DNA of 64,000 nt, from contig NC_083226.1 of NCBI RefSeq assembly GCF_032191835.1, forward strand, positions 40,362,001 to 40,426,000, read 5' to 3'. Positions 1 to 11,356 of this stretch are shown piece after piece. A model generated the notes under the pieces. That model was not told the origin of the DNA. It worked only from the letters and a program-made list of their open reading frames with translations, and did not search any database. Made by a program: the position numbers and the translations under genes. How positions within the stretch are numbered: the stretch's first letter is position 1; each line of letters begins with the position of its first letter. Source of the stretch: Heteronotia binoei (Eukaryota).

Positions 1-497
1 AGCACCCAGACTCTTTTTACTAAACCCACCAGTGCTCTTCTTGAGTTTTAACTGACTCTCCAGGATTTAAAAGGCAGTTTCTAAACATACCAGACCAGGG
101 ATCTCTCTAATCTTCAGAGCTATCTCCCTTTTTTAACTGGGTAGGAAAATTCTTCTCTTACTAGAAGATCTATCCCCTTTTCTGGCTTGAATGGGAGTCT
201 TCACCTAATTATCCTCTCCTCCTTCCAACCTTCTCAGTATTCTGTATTAAACTGCTCTTAGTCAGGGCTAGATGCAAATTCATCAGTTCTAGACTCTTCT
301 CCACCAGGGCTGAATTCAGACTGCCTTCTCCTCAGCTGTCAGCTCTCAAGTCTTTCTCTGCTCAAGTGATACAAACCAATCAGATCTCTTGGAACAGCCT
401 GTCACCTAAGCTCTTTGGCTCTGTGAGGCTTTAACCCTCCACAGTCCTTTGCATATTTACACAGCACTTCTGAGCTTTTAAAGTGCAGTCTGTCACA
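1..497. mobile_element. Possible LTR fragment
   Basis: Ends in ...tgtcaca (TG...CA terminus), with CCAAT and a CT-rich interior; no internal retroviral ORF seen. Confidence 0.35.
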
Positions 498-986
498 ATA
501 CCCAAACAAAGTCTGAATCCTTCTTCAGCCTATGCAACCTTCATCAGTCTTTGCAGCCTTCCTCAAGTCTGAGTGGCTCTTTTTTTCTTTTGCACTGCTT
601 CCAGTTTTTTCTTGTCTTTATTGGTTCTAACCAGATGACCTGCAATTTGTCCCACACTAGAGTTAAATTTGATGGGGGCTTTAAACACAGAAGTATTTAG
701 TTTTTAACTTTCAGTCTAATAAAAAGCTTCTGATTAATTCAAAAGCTTGCACACACCCTTGTTTTATACGTCTGACTTGCCAACCCTTCCCCTCACTTCA
801 GATATACAAGTGCTGGCTGAGGTTCAACAATAGTGGGGAGAGACAGCCCTACATGCTCAGAGGTACTCTTCTAATAAAAAGGATTGTAGTTTTGTCTTGC
901 ATTACTGCATGTGTGTGTGTGGTGCAATGTTGCACAGGGTATAAAATAGTCAAGTGGATTTTTTAGTTGATGGTAGTTATGAATGT

Positions 987-1191
987 GCCCTGACCTGACA
1001 GCCCAGGATAGCCTGATCTTGGAAGTTATGCAGGATCAGCCCTGGTTAGTATTTGGACAGGAAACCACCAAGGAAGTCCAGGATGCCACACAGACACGGC
1101 CAATGGTAAACCATCTCTGACTATCTCTGGCTTTGAAAACCCTGCAGGGTTGCTGTAAATCAGCTGAGACTTGACAGCACTTTCCACCAAC
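987..1191 (+). mobile_element. 5S rRNA-derived SINE with RTE/Sauria-like tail, TSD-bounded
   Basis: Contains ggaagttatgcaggatcagccctggttagtatttggacaggaaacc, homologous to the 5S internal control region; 12-bp TSD agttatgaatgt (975-986, 1192-1203). Confidence 0.8.
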
Positions 1192-1809
1192 AGTTATGAA
1201 TGTGGCTGAGAGCCACAGGGTGAATACCACAGGGATCATACATCTCTACACATCACTTATCACATTAGTGACATATTTTGGCTAAGCAGAGAAAGAACAG
1301 CAAAACATGAACATTTCATGTCACAACTGAAAGCATTTTGAAGGCATTAAAAACTTTCTGCCTTGCTTTTAAAAGGTATGTGGATAAAGAGCTGGAGTGG
1401 GAGTAATGTGATGGCCCATAAAACTGTTCCTTTGATCTCCCTCCTTATATACGTATGGTAAACAGGACCTTGAAAATATACTACAGTTTAGGGTAGCTTT
1501 ACTACGAAACCGTACTTTGGCAGAAAACAGAAAAGAAACAAAACAAAACAGATGCCTTTTTCAACTCGTCAAAGGAAACTAATGGAATATGAAGACACCA
1601 GCCTAAGTCAGTGACCTAGTGCCATTTGTCGTTTTAAATACTATGCAATCCTTCCGTAAATTTGAGATCCTGAAGCTGTGTACCAAAATCAAAACAACAA
1701 ACTCTAATAAACTTTCCTTCAACTTAATAAGCAAAAAAGCCGAGTCCTTCAGGGACAATAAATAAATAACACATTTTGGGGAGGAAAACAGCAGCCAGCA
1801 CAATATTGA

Positions 1810-2260
1810 TCTGCAGTATTATCAAAAGCTGTCTTCTATCATTTATCAGTCTTTCTACAGCATAGCAGTGAAAGATGGACAGTGAAAGCAGAGAGGATGA
1901 AAGCTGATTCATTCGAAATGCAGTATTGGAGGAGTATTTACAGATACTCTGGACTGCCAGAAAGGCAAATAAGTGAGTTCTAGATCTAATCAAGCCTGAA
2001 CTCACCCTAGAATCCAAAATCACTAGACTAAGGCTATTGTACTTTGGTAACATTATGAGAAAACAAGAGTCACTGGGAAACACAATAATACTAGGAAAAG
2101 AGGAAGACCCAACATGAGATGGATTGACTCTTCAAGGAGACCAAGGTCCTCAGTTTGCAAAACCTGACCAAGGCTGTTAATGATAGGATGTTTTGGAAAT
2201 CATTAATTCATAGGGGCACCATAAGTTGGAAGTGACTTGTTGGCATTTAACACACACACA
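1810..2260 (+). mobile_element. RTE-clade LINE 3' fragment
   Basis: Degraded ...RWTVK...FEM...LWTARK...RLLYFGNIMRK...RGRPNMRWIDS; tail gggcaccataagttggaagtgacttg followed by (ca)n. Confidence 0.8.
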
Positions 2261-2842
2261 GTATACAGGTTCCAGGAACTGCTGTGGATACACTATTTCC
2301 ATGAAAACATACTATAAATTGTCTCCTATGGCATTTAAGATAATGAAATTAAATAAAATAATGGGGAATGAAAGAATTTTTAAAAAAATGACGAATGAAT
2401 GCAACAGGAACATGGCCACCACCATTTATTGAAAGCAAGTTCAATTAAACATTTCTGATCTGGTAAGATGGCCAGAAATTGACGAGTCTATTCCAAATTT
2501 ATTAAATGTTTATAATTTAACTCCAGTTTTCTCAACAGCACTATGGAAATATATTTTTATATTTTTAGAGTCGAGTCAAGTGAAGTGAAGTGTTCCATAT
2601 ATTATTAGAAAAAGCATTTTCTACTGAATGTTTCTTTAGTTTCCTACTATTTCACATGCAAATTAATACATCAAACTTCACATGGGACGTTAATTCAACT
2701 AGGTTGTTCCTTAAACTTTGGCTTTTTCGAGCCCATAAAATAGTCAATAACATAAACGAAGAAATCATGTTTTAAAATAGTCTTCAAACAACTAAGTCAT
2801 TCCACCAAACTAAATTTTTTAACAACAGGAAAAGCTTCCTAC

Positions 2843-3022
2843 CCCTGCATGTGGCTTCTGAACCAGACCACAGGCCATTTGGCTGGCAAAGTCGTATGCT
2901 GCTTCCCACAAGGTCATATCCTGCTTTACATCGGATTCCACAGGCAGCATTGAAGTAATTGTTGCAGACATTCTTGACAAAATGGCCATTTTCAGGTGGG
3001 CGCAGCTCAGGACAGTGGACCA
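2843..3022 (-). CDS. SVEP1: SVEP1 coding exon 5 (first sushi/CCP domain)
   Basis: Acceptor ctaattag|TG; (V)[59 protein letters not shown]; donor AGGG|GTAGGA. 180 nt. The gene continues beyond position 1. Confidence 0.96.
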
Positions 3023-4038
3023 CTAATTAGAACAAGTAACAGAAACTGTCATGATTTAATGGTTGTTTTATAATATCATTCCAAGCTAGGACTATACTCC
3101 TTTAAAATATAAATTATATGTTGTTTAATTGGCACTATCTTGCCTAATGATGACAAACCAAAGGATCTTTTAAAGAGTAATACATCCTAAGCAAGTTCAC
3201 AGCAATGCTTTTCAAACTGGGTTTTAAGGCAGCCTGAGGGCCTTGGAAGTGTATTATTTCCTTTATAGGAAAGTTATGGATTTCCCTGAAAGTCAACTTG
3301 CCTGTTTCTTGTGCCTCACTCCCGTGGCAGCCACCAGAAAGTACTGACTGCATTCTGGGCTTGGGCAGTGCAACAAGAGAAACATCCACTATTCTAATAT
3401 CTGACACCAATTGAGATAGTGTACTTTACCTAGGCATGCTACCAAATTCCATGTGGTTCAGTCTGAAAACTGGAGTTTCTTTTATAGTTTCTTGACACTG
3501 GACTGAAATCACAGTTGTCGTTTCCTCCCAACCAAAACAACAAAATTCAGTAGTAAAATTGATATTAAAACTGACTCATCTTGTGCAAGGCTTTTTTTGA
3601 GCAGGAACATACAGGAACACAGTTCCGGTTGGCTTGGTGTCAGGGTGTGTGGCCTAATATGCAAATGAGTTCCTGCTGGCTTTTTCTACAAAAAAACCCT
3701 ATGTGAAACAATGGTGATGTCAGGGATGTGGCTAATATGCAAATGAGATCCTGCTGGGATTTTTCTACAAAAAATGATATAAAGCAGTATATAACATACA
3801 AATGGCTTAAAATGGGGTCATAAAGGCCAACAAAACGGGAAACCTAGCAAAACAGGATAAAAAACTACTGACAAAACTAAACAAAATGAAAAATGGCAAC
3901 TTCTTACAACCATAATCATAGCATGAATTCTTAACCCTACTATTAATCATCTACATTGCACATAGTTTCCATGAAAGATGCACAGGAGATCTTTGATAGA
4001 CAAGTTGATGTGGAAATGGTTCTATGAATGTAAGAAAA

Positions 4039-4210
4039 TCAGGCTTGGATCCTGCATTAAATTTTCAGTGACAGAAGGAATTTCCAATGGAGCAGTAGGA
4101 CTTCCCCATCTCACCTTTCCCTCTACAGGGGACTCCCCCCAATCAGCCCCCCCCAATTAACAAAATCCCATCCAACCCCATTCACAGAAATCCCCTGCAG
4201 GACCCAACCC
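4039..4210. repeat. MITE with GGGTTGGATCC-type termini
   Basis: ggcttggatcc...ggacccaaccc; similar element at ~10140-10312. Confidence 0.5.
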
Positions 4211-4269
4211 ATGACAAAGAAATATTAATAATGTTTATTTAATTTGTGCTTGCAGGAAATACTGTTTAC

Positions 4270-4428
4270 CTTCACAAATTTGGCCATTAAAGCGATACCC
4301 TTCCTTGCATACACAGTCCTCGGTGGTAGTACTTCCTGGTGGGGAGGTATGATTCTCATCAGGGCATGAGATACAAGTACTTATTCCACCTGGTGAAGCT
4401 TCAGTCTTATAGGTACCTGATGGACAGG
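4270..4428 (-). CDS. SVEP1: SVEP1 coding exon 4 (ephrin-receptor-like Cys-rich repeat)
   Basis: Acceptor ttgctttgtag|CC; (A)[52 protein letters not shown]; donor GAAG|GTAAAC. 159 nt. Confidence 0.96.
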
Positions 4429-5722
4429 CTACAAAGCAAAACATGCACAATAAAAGAAAAGTAAGTATGAAGCTAGAACATGTCGGAATGCCACAATACA
4501 CCCAGTTCTTGCAGCCAGAACTCGATACATTCCATAAATAGCCCATAACAATGAGTTTTTGTGATGTGCTTCAGAAAAATACAGCATTTACAACATGATT
4601 TTAAAAGGAAACACGTTTCATAATATGGAAAGCCTTCTATGTTTATGAGTTAGTTAGCAAAAGGAGGGAAAGAAATGGGCATCCCCAATCAACTGCTGTT
4701 ATCCCATTCTTAGTTTTTAATCATATAACTTGCATTCATATATTACATTACAACTAATCCTTCCAGTACAATAGGTAGGAAAATGTAACAAGAATGCATT
4801 GAAGCAGTTAATAGCCTACAAAATTATATATTTAAAAATATGTTTATACAGCTACCTCCATTACCGTGCGGGAAATAATCCTTGCATGGCAATTTTACTA
4901 CCTGATGTTAATTAAGGATTTCATTATCTGCTTTGTGCTTCTAGAGATCCTCAGAAGTCTATTTATGCCCACTTTCACTTTTTCATGACAGGCAAAAAAA
5001 AAAAAATCCTTATCCTAAACACAACAGGATCAATAAAGAGGCCAGAAAGATGTATAAATGTAGATTTTAATATTTTTGATAATTACTTTTACAAAGTTTT
5101 GGTGTATTTTTAGGTAGCCACACAGTGATACTTAGAGGCTTCAGGGGGAAAAATGAAATGGTCACACTAAACGGTCACACATTTCTTTACGTAGGTTCTC
5201 TTTGTAATGAGTGAGCCAGGGAGCAGAAATCCTAATATTAAATACGACATGGTATCTTTAATACAATTATAAATTAGCAAATGATGCAGGAAGCTAATGC
5301 ACTATAATTCCTTTGCTTTGAAGTCAGCCATGTTCCACATAGCATATGGACTGTGCAAAGAAGCATGAATTTAATCTTCAGTAATTCTGTTACAAGTAGA
5401 GGGGATAACCTCAAAATCTGATATATGATATATGAGTCCAGCAGCCCCAAGTATAGCCAATTTGTTTATGGTGGCTTTTGAAGATGAAACATTTGCAATT
5501 CTGGCATTTTTTGATTAAAACAATTTTATTTGGTAACATATGGTAACAAGTTATATTTCTTGCATCATTAATAATTTCTTTTATCTGTCTCATATATTAC
5601 TTTCTACCCACCCCTCCCCCTGTTACTTGACCCCCGCTGGTGTTATTTACTTAAAATACTAATATTTAAAGGTACCCTTAACTAATAAAAACAAAAAATA
5701 ATATTCTCCTTTTTTCTAAGAC

Positions 5723-7845
5723 TTAATCATTATCAAAAATTGTCCAATGACCTTTTACTTTCCACTCTTTTTCTACATATCTTCTGAACTTTTTCCACTC
5801 CATCTTAAAAACTTCTAAATCATAGTCTCTTAGAATTCTTGTTAATTTGTCCATTTCACTCCACATCATAACTTTTACAATCCAGTCCCATTTCTCTGGT
5901 ATTTTTTCTTGCTTCCACAACTGCGCATATAATGTCCTAGCAGCTGAAAGCAAGTACCAAATTATAGTTCTATCTTCTTTTGGAAATGTTTCCATTTGTA
6001 ATCCCAACAGAAAAGTCTCTGCAACTTTCTTAAATTCATATTCCAAGATCTTAGAAATTTCTTGTTGAATCATCTGTCAATACTTTTTTGCTCTTTCACA
6101 AGTCCACCACATATGGTAGAAAGAACCTTCATGTTTTTTACATTTCCAACATCTATCTGGCATCTTGTTCATCTTTGCCATTTTTTTAGGAGTCATATAC
6201 CATCTATACATCATTTTAAAACAGTTCTCTTTAATACTATGACACGTCGAAAGCTTCATAGAATTCTTCCACAAGTATTCCTGTTTCCATCTCTATTTCT
6301 TATTTACATTAATTGCCCATTTAATCATTTGAGATTTCATTACTTCATCCTCCATAGACCATTTTAAAAGTAATTTACATATTTTTGAAATTAATTTTTC
6401 ATTGTCTCCAAGCAGAACTTTTTCCGTTTCTGTTTGTTCTTTTCTTATTCCTTCAGTTTTGATATCATTATCCACCAAACTCTTTATTTGTTGCATGTGA
6501 AACCAATCATATTTATTATTCAGCTCTTCAGCAGTTTTCAATTCTATTTTGCCACTTTGTATTTTTAATAATTGATTATATGACAACCACTTTACTTCAC
6601 CTATCTCAGCCGTTATTTTTATTACTTCAGCTGGCACTATCCATAGCGGTCTTCTCTCATCTCCATATTTCTTATATTTCATCTATGTATTTAACAAATT
6701 ATTTCTTATATAATGGTGAGAGAAAAAACCATCCATCTTCTTTTTTCCATAATACAAATACGCATGCCAGCCAAATTTATTTCCGTGACCTTCCAACGCT
6801 AAGAGTTTTTTATTTAACAGCATTATCCATTCCTTTATCCACACAAAACAAACTGCTTCTTGATATAATTTTAAATTCGGTAATTGAAATCCACCTCTCT
6901 CTTTTGCATCTGTCAAAATTTTCATTTTGATCCTTGGTTTCTTCCCAGCCCAAATTCTGAAATTTTTCTTCGCCATTTATCAAATTGTTTACTATCTTTG
7001 ACAATAGGAATAGTTTGAAACAAATACTTTATTCTTGGTAGAATATTCATTTTAATTGCAGTTATTCTACCCAGCAATGACAAATTAAGTTTGTTCCCTT
7101 TTGACATATCTTCATTCATTTTATGCCATAGCTTCTCATAGTTATTTTTGAACAAATCAATATTCTTCATTGTTATCTCCACACCCAAATATTTTACCTT
7201 GGAGGTAGCTTCGCAGCCCGTCAGTCTCTGCAACGCCTGTTGCCTGTTTGTTTGCATATTTTTACATAAAAATTTTGATGTGTCTTTGTTACTACAAAGT
7301 CCCGCTAACTCCCCATATTCTTGTATTTTAGCAAACAACAAAGGTGTAACGTGTATGGGATTTTCATTTATAAACATTATATCTGCAAATGCTCTGTATT
7401 TGTAAATAAATCCTTTTATTTTTAATCCTTCTATTTCTTTATCTTCTTGAATCTGCATCAATAATATTTCAAGAGTCATTAAAAACAACAAAGGGCAAAG
7501 CGGACAGCCTTGTCTTGTCCCTTTGCTAATTAACATATCTTCTGTAAGATCTGTGTTTATGCCTAGCCTTGCACGTTGTTCAGTATATATTGCTTTTATC
7601 ATTCTTATAAAGCTTTCTCCCAACTCCATTTCTTCTGGTATTATCCATCTATACCTCATTTCATTTTCCCGTAATTTTTCTGTCAGTTTTTTATATGTTC
7701 TTCTATCATTTATCACTTGCCTTGGCAACTCCTTCATAATTCTTACTCTGCTGCCTCCCACTATCAATGTCTTTTCAAAGTTTTTGTTCATGATCTTTCC
7801 CACCATTTCTTTTGTCATATATCTTATGACAACATGTCTTGGTAA
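5723..7845 (-). pseudogene. L1 ORF1 C-terminal part fused to ORF2 RT/C-terminal region (frameshifted)
   Basis: LPRHVVIRYMTKE...RYRWIIPE (ORF1-like) runs in frame into EMELGESFIRMIKAIY...TRQGCPL (RT). The YADD motif is degraded to FADI. Downstream ORF2 pieces are in other frames (6683-6976, 6293-6682, 6077-6274 with CWKC...GSFYHMWWTC, 5723-6073). Confidence 0.85.
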
Positions 7846-8402
7846 AAAGTGGGAAGTAATTTATTGTTTGGTCTACTTGTGGTTTTGAAAAAAGAGCACC
7901 ATCGTCACAGACCTGCAGTATATACAGTCAACACAGGAAGTACGTCAAGTATCGTGAGAGCTCTCTACCAGTGAAAACGAGATTTAGTGGCAAGTAAAGC
8001 AGGAAGTAGCAGATGAAAAACCAACTCTAGGACTATAATACCATAGAGAAACATTGGCGGCCACTGCAAGGAGGTTAAAATTAAAATAATATTTTTAAAG
8101 TGTTCGGGACATTAAAATTGTTGGAAATAATTGAGGTGATGATAAGAAGATAAATACTATTGGACATATTGTTTATAATGGACTTTAGAAGCCTTTAAAA
8201 GAAAAAAGAAATTTTTTTTTTAGAGAAAAGCAAAAAGTCGCGACCGCCATTTTGAAGGATTTAAAAACTTTAAAAATTAATATCTCGGTCTGGGAAGCTC
8301 TGAGGATGGCAAAATTAGGCTTGTTGTAAAAAGCAAGCTCTAATCTTTTGAACTTGATAGTCAAATCTGAAATTGGTGAGATCAAAATTTTCGGTGTTTT
8401 TA

Positions 8403-8689
8403 AGGTCGTTTTCGCACTCACCTTAATTAGCAGCGACGACCCTCTTCACTGCGCAGGATCTGCGCGGATTTCGCACTAATTGCCGCGGAGCACCCAGAAG
8501 AGCCGGAAAGTCCCGGCGCTTTTGCGGCGCAAACGGAAACCACCAAAAACCAGTTTCCGTTTGCGCCGCAAAAGCGCCGGGACTTTCTGGCTCTTCTGGG
8601 TGCTCCGCGGCAATTAGTGCGAAATCCGCGCAGATCCTGCGCGGTGAAGAGGGTCGTCGCTGCTGATTAAGGTGAGTGCAAAACGACCT
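8403..8689. repeat. ~290-bp near-perfect inverted repeat (138/137-bp arms, 12-nt loop)
   Basis: 8403-8540 is the reverse complement of 8553-8689 apart from 3 substitutions and 1 indel; loop caccaaaaacca at 8541-8552. Confidence 0.95.
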
Positions 8690-8690
8690 A

Positions 8691-9124
8691 ATGTCAGAAC
8701 ACAAGCAAACCCGTGCAAGGGCTACCTCACTGGAGAAAATGCAGGATCAACTAGAGGCAATGGAGGCCAGAATGATGAGAATCATGAAAGAGATGATAAC
8801 TGCATCTAAAAAAGAAATTATAGAAGAGATTAAAAAAGATATTGAAGATCTCAGAAATGAGACAGAGGAAACATCTAAGAAAGTGCAGGAGGTAGAAGGG
8901 AGAATGAAAGTACATGATTCCACCTTGTTAAAAATACAAGAAAAAGTGGCAATCCATGACTGCAAAATGATGGAGACTCAGATACGTCTGAGAGGAGTAC
9001 CTGAAAAGGAAGATGGTGATTTGAAAGAATATATAATAAAAATAATTGCAGAATTTTTAGAGGAAGATCCTGAAGAGACTAAGAATATGTATGATTATAT
9101 GTACAGAGTGAACTCACTCTATGC
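8691..9124 (+). pseudogene. L1 ORF1 N-terminal half (coiled coil + start of RRM), in the inverted segment
   Basis: MSEHKQTRAR...heptad-rich region...QIRLRGVPEKEDGDLKEYI...YMYRVNSLYA; the IRLRGVPE motif is typical of L1 ORF1p. Ends at the TSD. Confidence 0.8.
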
Positions 9125-11356
9125 CAATTCTGGCATTAATCTGTACTGCAAGGATATATTATATCATAAGCATTTTATTGATGACATGATAATTGTTTTC
9201 CACAGATGTGAATTAGTGGAGCAATTTATAGCTTGGACTAACATACTCCATGAGTACACTGAGTTCACTGGTCATTTCAATAGGAGCTCCATCTCCTGAA
9301 TAATACTATAGCCTTTAATACATACAGGAAAATAACTTATCACAACACTTACTTTCACTTTTGATCTTTCCATCCTAGAGCATTCAGAACAAACACTTCC
9401 CCAGAAAGCACTTTCCTGGTGATGTCGTCTTTGGCAGGCTGTAATTCAGACGACCCCCCCCCCAAAGTCAGGGCATGTACGGGGGCATCCAGGGGAGGTC
9501 TGCTACAAGTTTAATGCCTCTAGCTTTCACAGGAACTGTTCTATACACTCCTGAACCCACACTCATTATCTTCTTCAAAAACACTTTCTATAAACTCCAG
9601 AACCAGCACCTGTCATCTCCCAGAAAAGCACTTCCCAGAGGGCACCTTTTTGGGAGGGTCAACTCAAACCCCCGCTGTGCCCAATCTTCACCAAATTTGA
9701 GAGTCAGCTGGGAGATGCTCTGCAATTTTGGAGTCTCTAGGACACTGGGGGGCTGTTCCACCATGATCTGAACTTTTCAAACTCATTCATTTCAGCAGTG
9801 AACCTAAACCAAGTTTCCCGGTTTATGCCCATCCCTTCTAACCACTATAATTGGAAGTGTCAAATTACAGACGCTGTTAGAAGCCAAAATAACACATTTT
9901 CACATCGTGATCTTCCAGTGAAACATATGATTGTTCTGAATAGTATCCAAAACCTTATTTGAACTAAAAGTAAACTACCATACAAGTCAAGACAAAATTG
10001 TTCATCTCCCTTTCTTAGATAACATAAAGAGTTCAAAGGCAAAAATTCAACCACATTTCCAGCATATATTTTGGTTCAATACTTATTTCAATAACTTTAA
10101 TACCACTGTATCTCTTAAAACAGATCAAACAGAACAAGAGTTAGATCCATCCAGCTTCTTTGCACAATCAAGTCCAATCCTCCTTACTACAGCCCCTGCC
10201 CCACATGGCTTTCATCTATGCAGATTCCATGATCCTCAGCTTAAAGTTTTTTGGCTGTGAAAAGGGACTCTCCTCCCCTTTCACCTATGGAAAACTGGTT
10301 GGATCCAACCCTAACAGTGCAGTTTTACTAATCTAAATACACTGAAGCCAAATGACTTAGAAAGGTATACCTCTGCTTAAGGCTCTACTGTGAAAGTATG
10401 AGGGTAGCACTGACACTGCCAAAAAACCCCACAACTTTCCATATCATTAGAAAGTGCACTGAAAAAATTCAAAACACACTCTGAAGCCATAATAAGCTTA
10501 AATTTAGGTGCCTCGGTAAGGTTTCTGCTCTGACTATTTGGAGACTTGTCTTTTGATCTGTTCCTTTAAACCAACCAGTAAATAAATAAATCTTCTGTGT
10601 TGTTATATATACAATTGCTTCCTCAGTGATCTCTGTATTTAACTTGCACTCCACAAAATTTACCTCATGGCTGCGAACTCATGCCTATACACTTGCTACC
10701 TTTAGAACAGCAGGTAACTGAGGGGAAGGTTAAAAGTTTAAAACAAACCAAGTTCCCTCACAATCGTAGGAGGCTGTGTGGTTACCCTCAACAGCCAGAA
10801 ACGGCCTGTCACAGACATTCCTATAGAAGTAAATGGAGCAAGGAGAAAGCTGATCAGAAAACAGCACTTTTTCACAGTATCTGAAAAGCAATTGTCACTT
10901 ATTGTGTATAATATTGGCCCAAACTATTGTATGTGTCTGTTAGGCTGAGCTAACTTAACCATCTGGACCTTAGCTGCTAAATAAACAAACACTAAATATG
11001 ATACATGTTTTTAATCATTATAAACCATATTTTATTTCTCCAGTGTTTAGAAACAGTGGTTAAAAGCAACAACTGTTGTGAAGCACATAAAAAAGTATCT
11101 CTAGAGAAACTAGACACTTCACACAACACTGGTAAGAGCAATGGCAGCTACCTTTATTAGTCATATTTATCTGTGCAAATGATACATTTATAACATTTTC
11201 AAACTCAGTCCTTGTCTGTGTATACAGCAGAATGAGGCAGGAATCAGAGAAGAATTTAGAGCAGATTGTACCACAAGTGTAAACAGTGGGATATATTTTT
11301 AAACATAAGTAAAACAATTGCATAAAGCAGAAAACCAGAATTAGGTTGATCTATTA

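Larger units (their letters stand above)
5509..9124 (-). mobile_element. L1-clade LINE with 5' inversion and internal deletion, bounded by a 13-bp TSD
   Basis: Direct repeat caattctggcatt at 5496-5508 and 9125-9137. Minus-strand AATAAA (5525-5530) followed by a short A tail. ORF2 RT motifs (KGTRQGCPLCPLLF, KYLGV, LSLLGRITAIKMNILP). ORF1 is split between the two strands. Confidence 0.9.
5400..9430 (+). mobile_element. Penelope-like RT remnant (5400-5508 + 9125-9430) split by the L1 insertion
   Basis: Joining the flanks across the TSD gives MSPAAPSIANLFMVAFE... then ...HKHFIDDMIIVF...FTGHFNRSSIS, resembling Penelope RT motifs (GSPxAPxxANLFM; RYIDD). Confidence 0.65.

Noticed and set aside
1-2842. 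SVEP1 exon 6 (second sushi domain)
   Set aside because: No matching peptide found; it presumably lies beyond the window start.
3586-3775. Repeat-spacer-repeat pattern suggestive of CRISPR
   Set aside because: Two-unit internal duplication of a vertebrate hAT MITE; no array and no cas genes.
8676-9299. 207-aa plus-strand ORF as a standalone gene
   Set aside because: It is a chimera: L1 ORF1 N-half reading through the TSD into a Penelope RT remnant.
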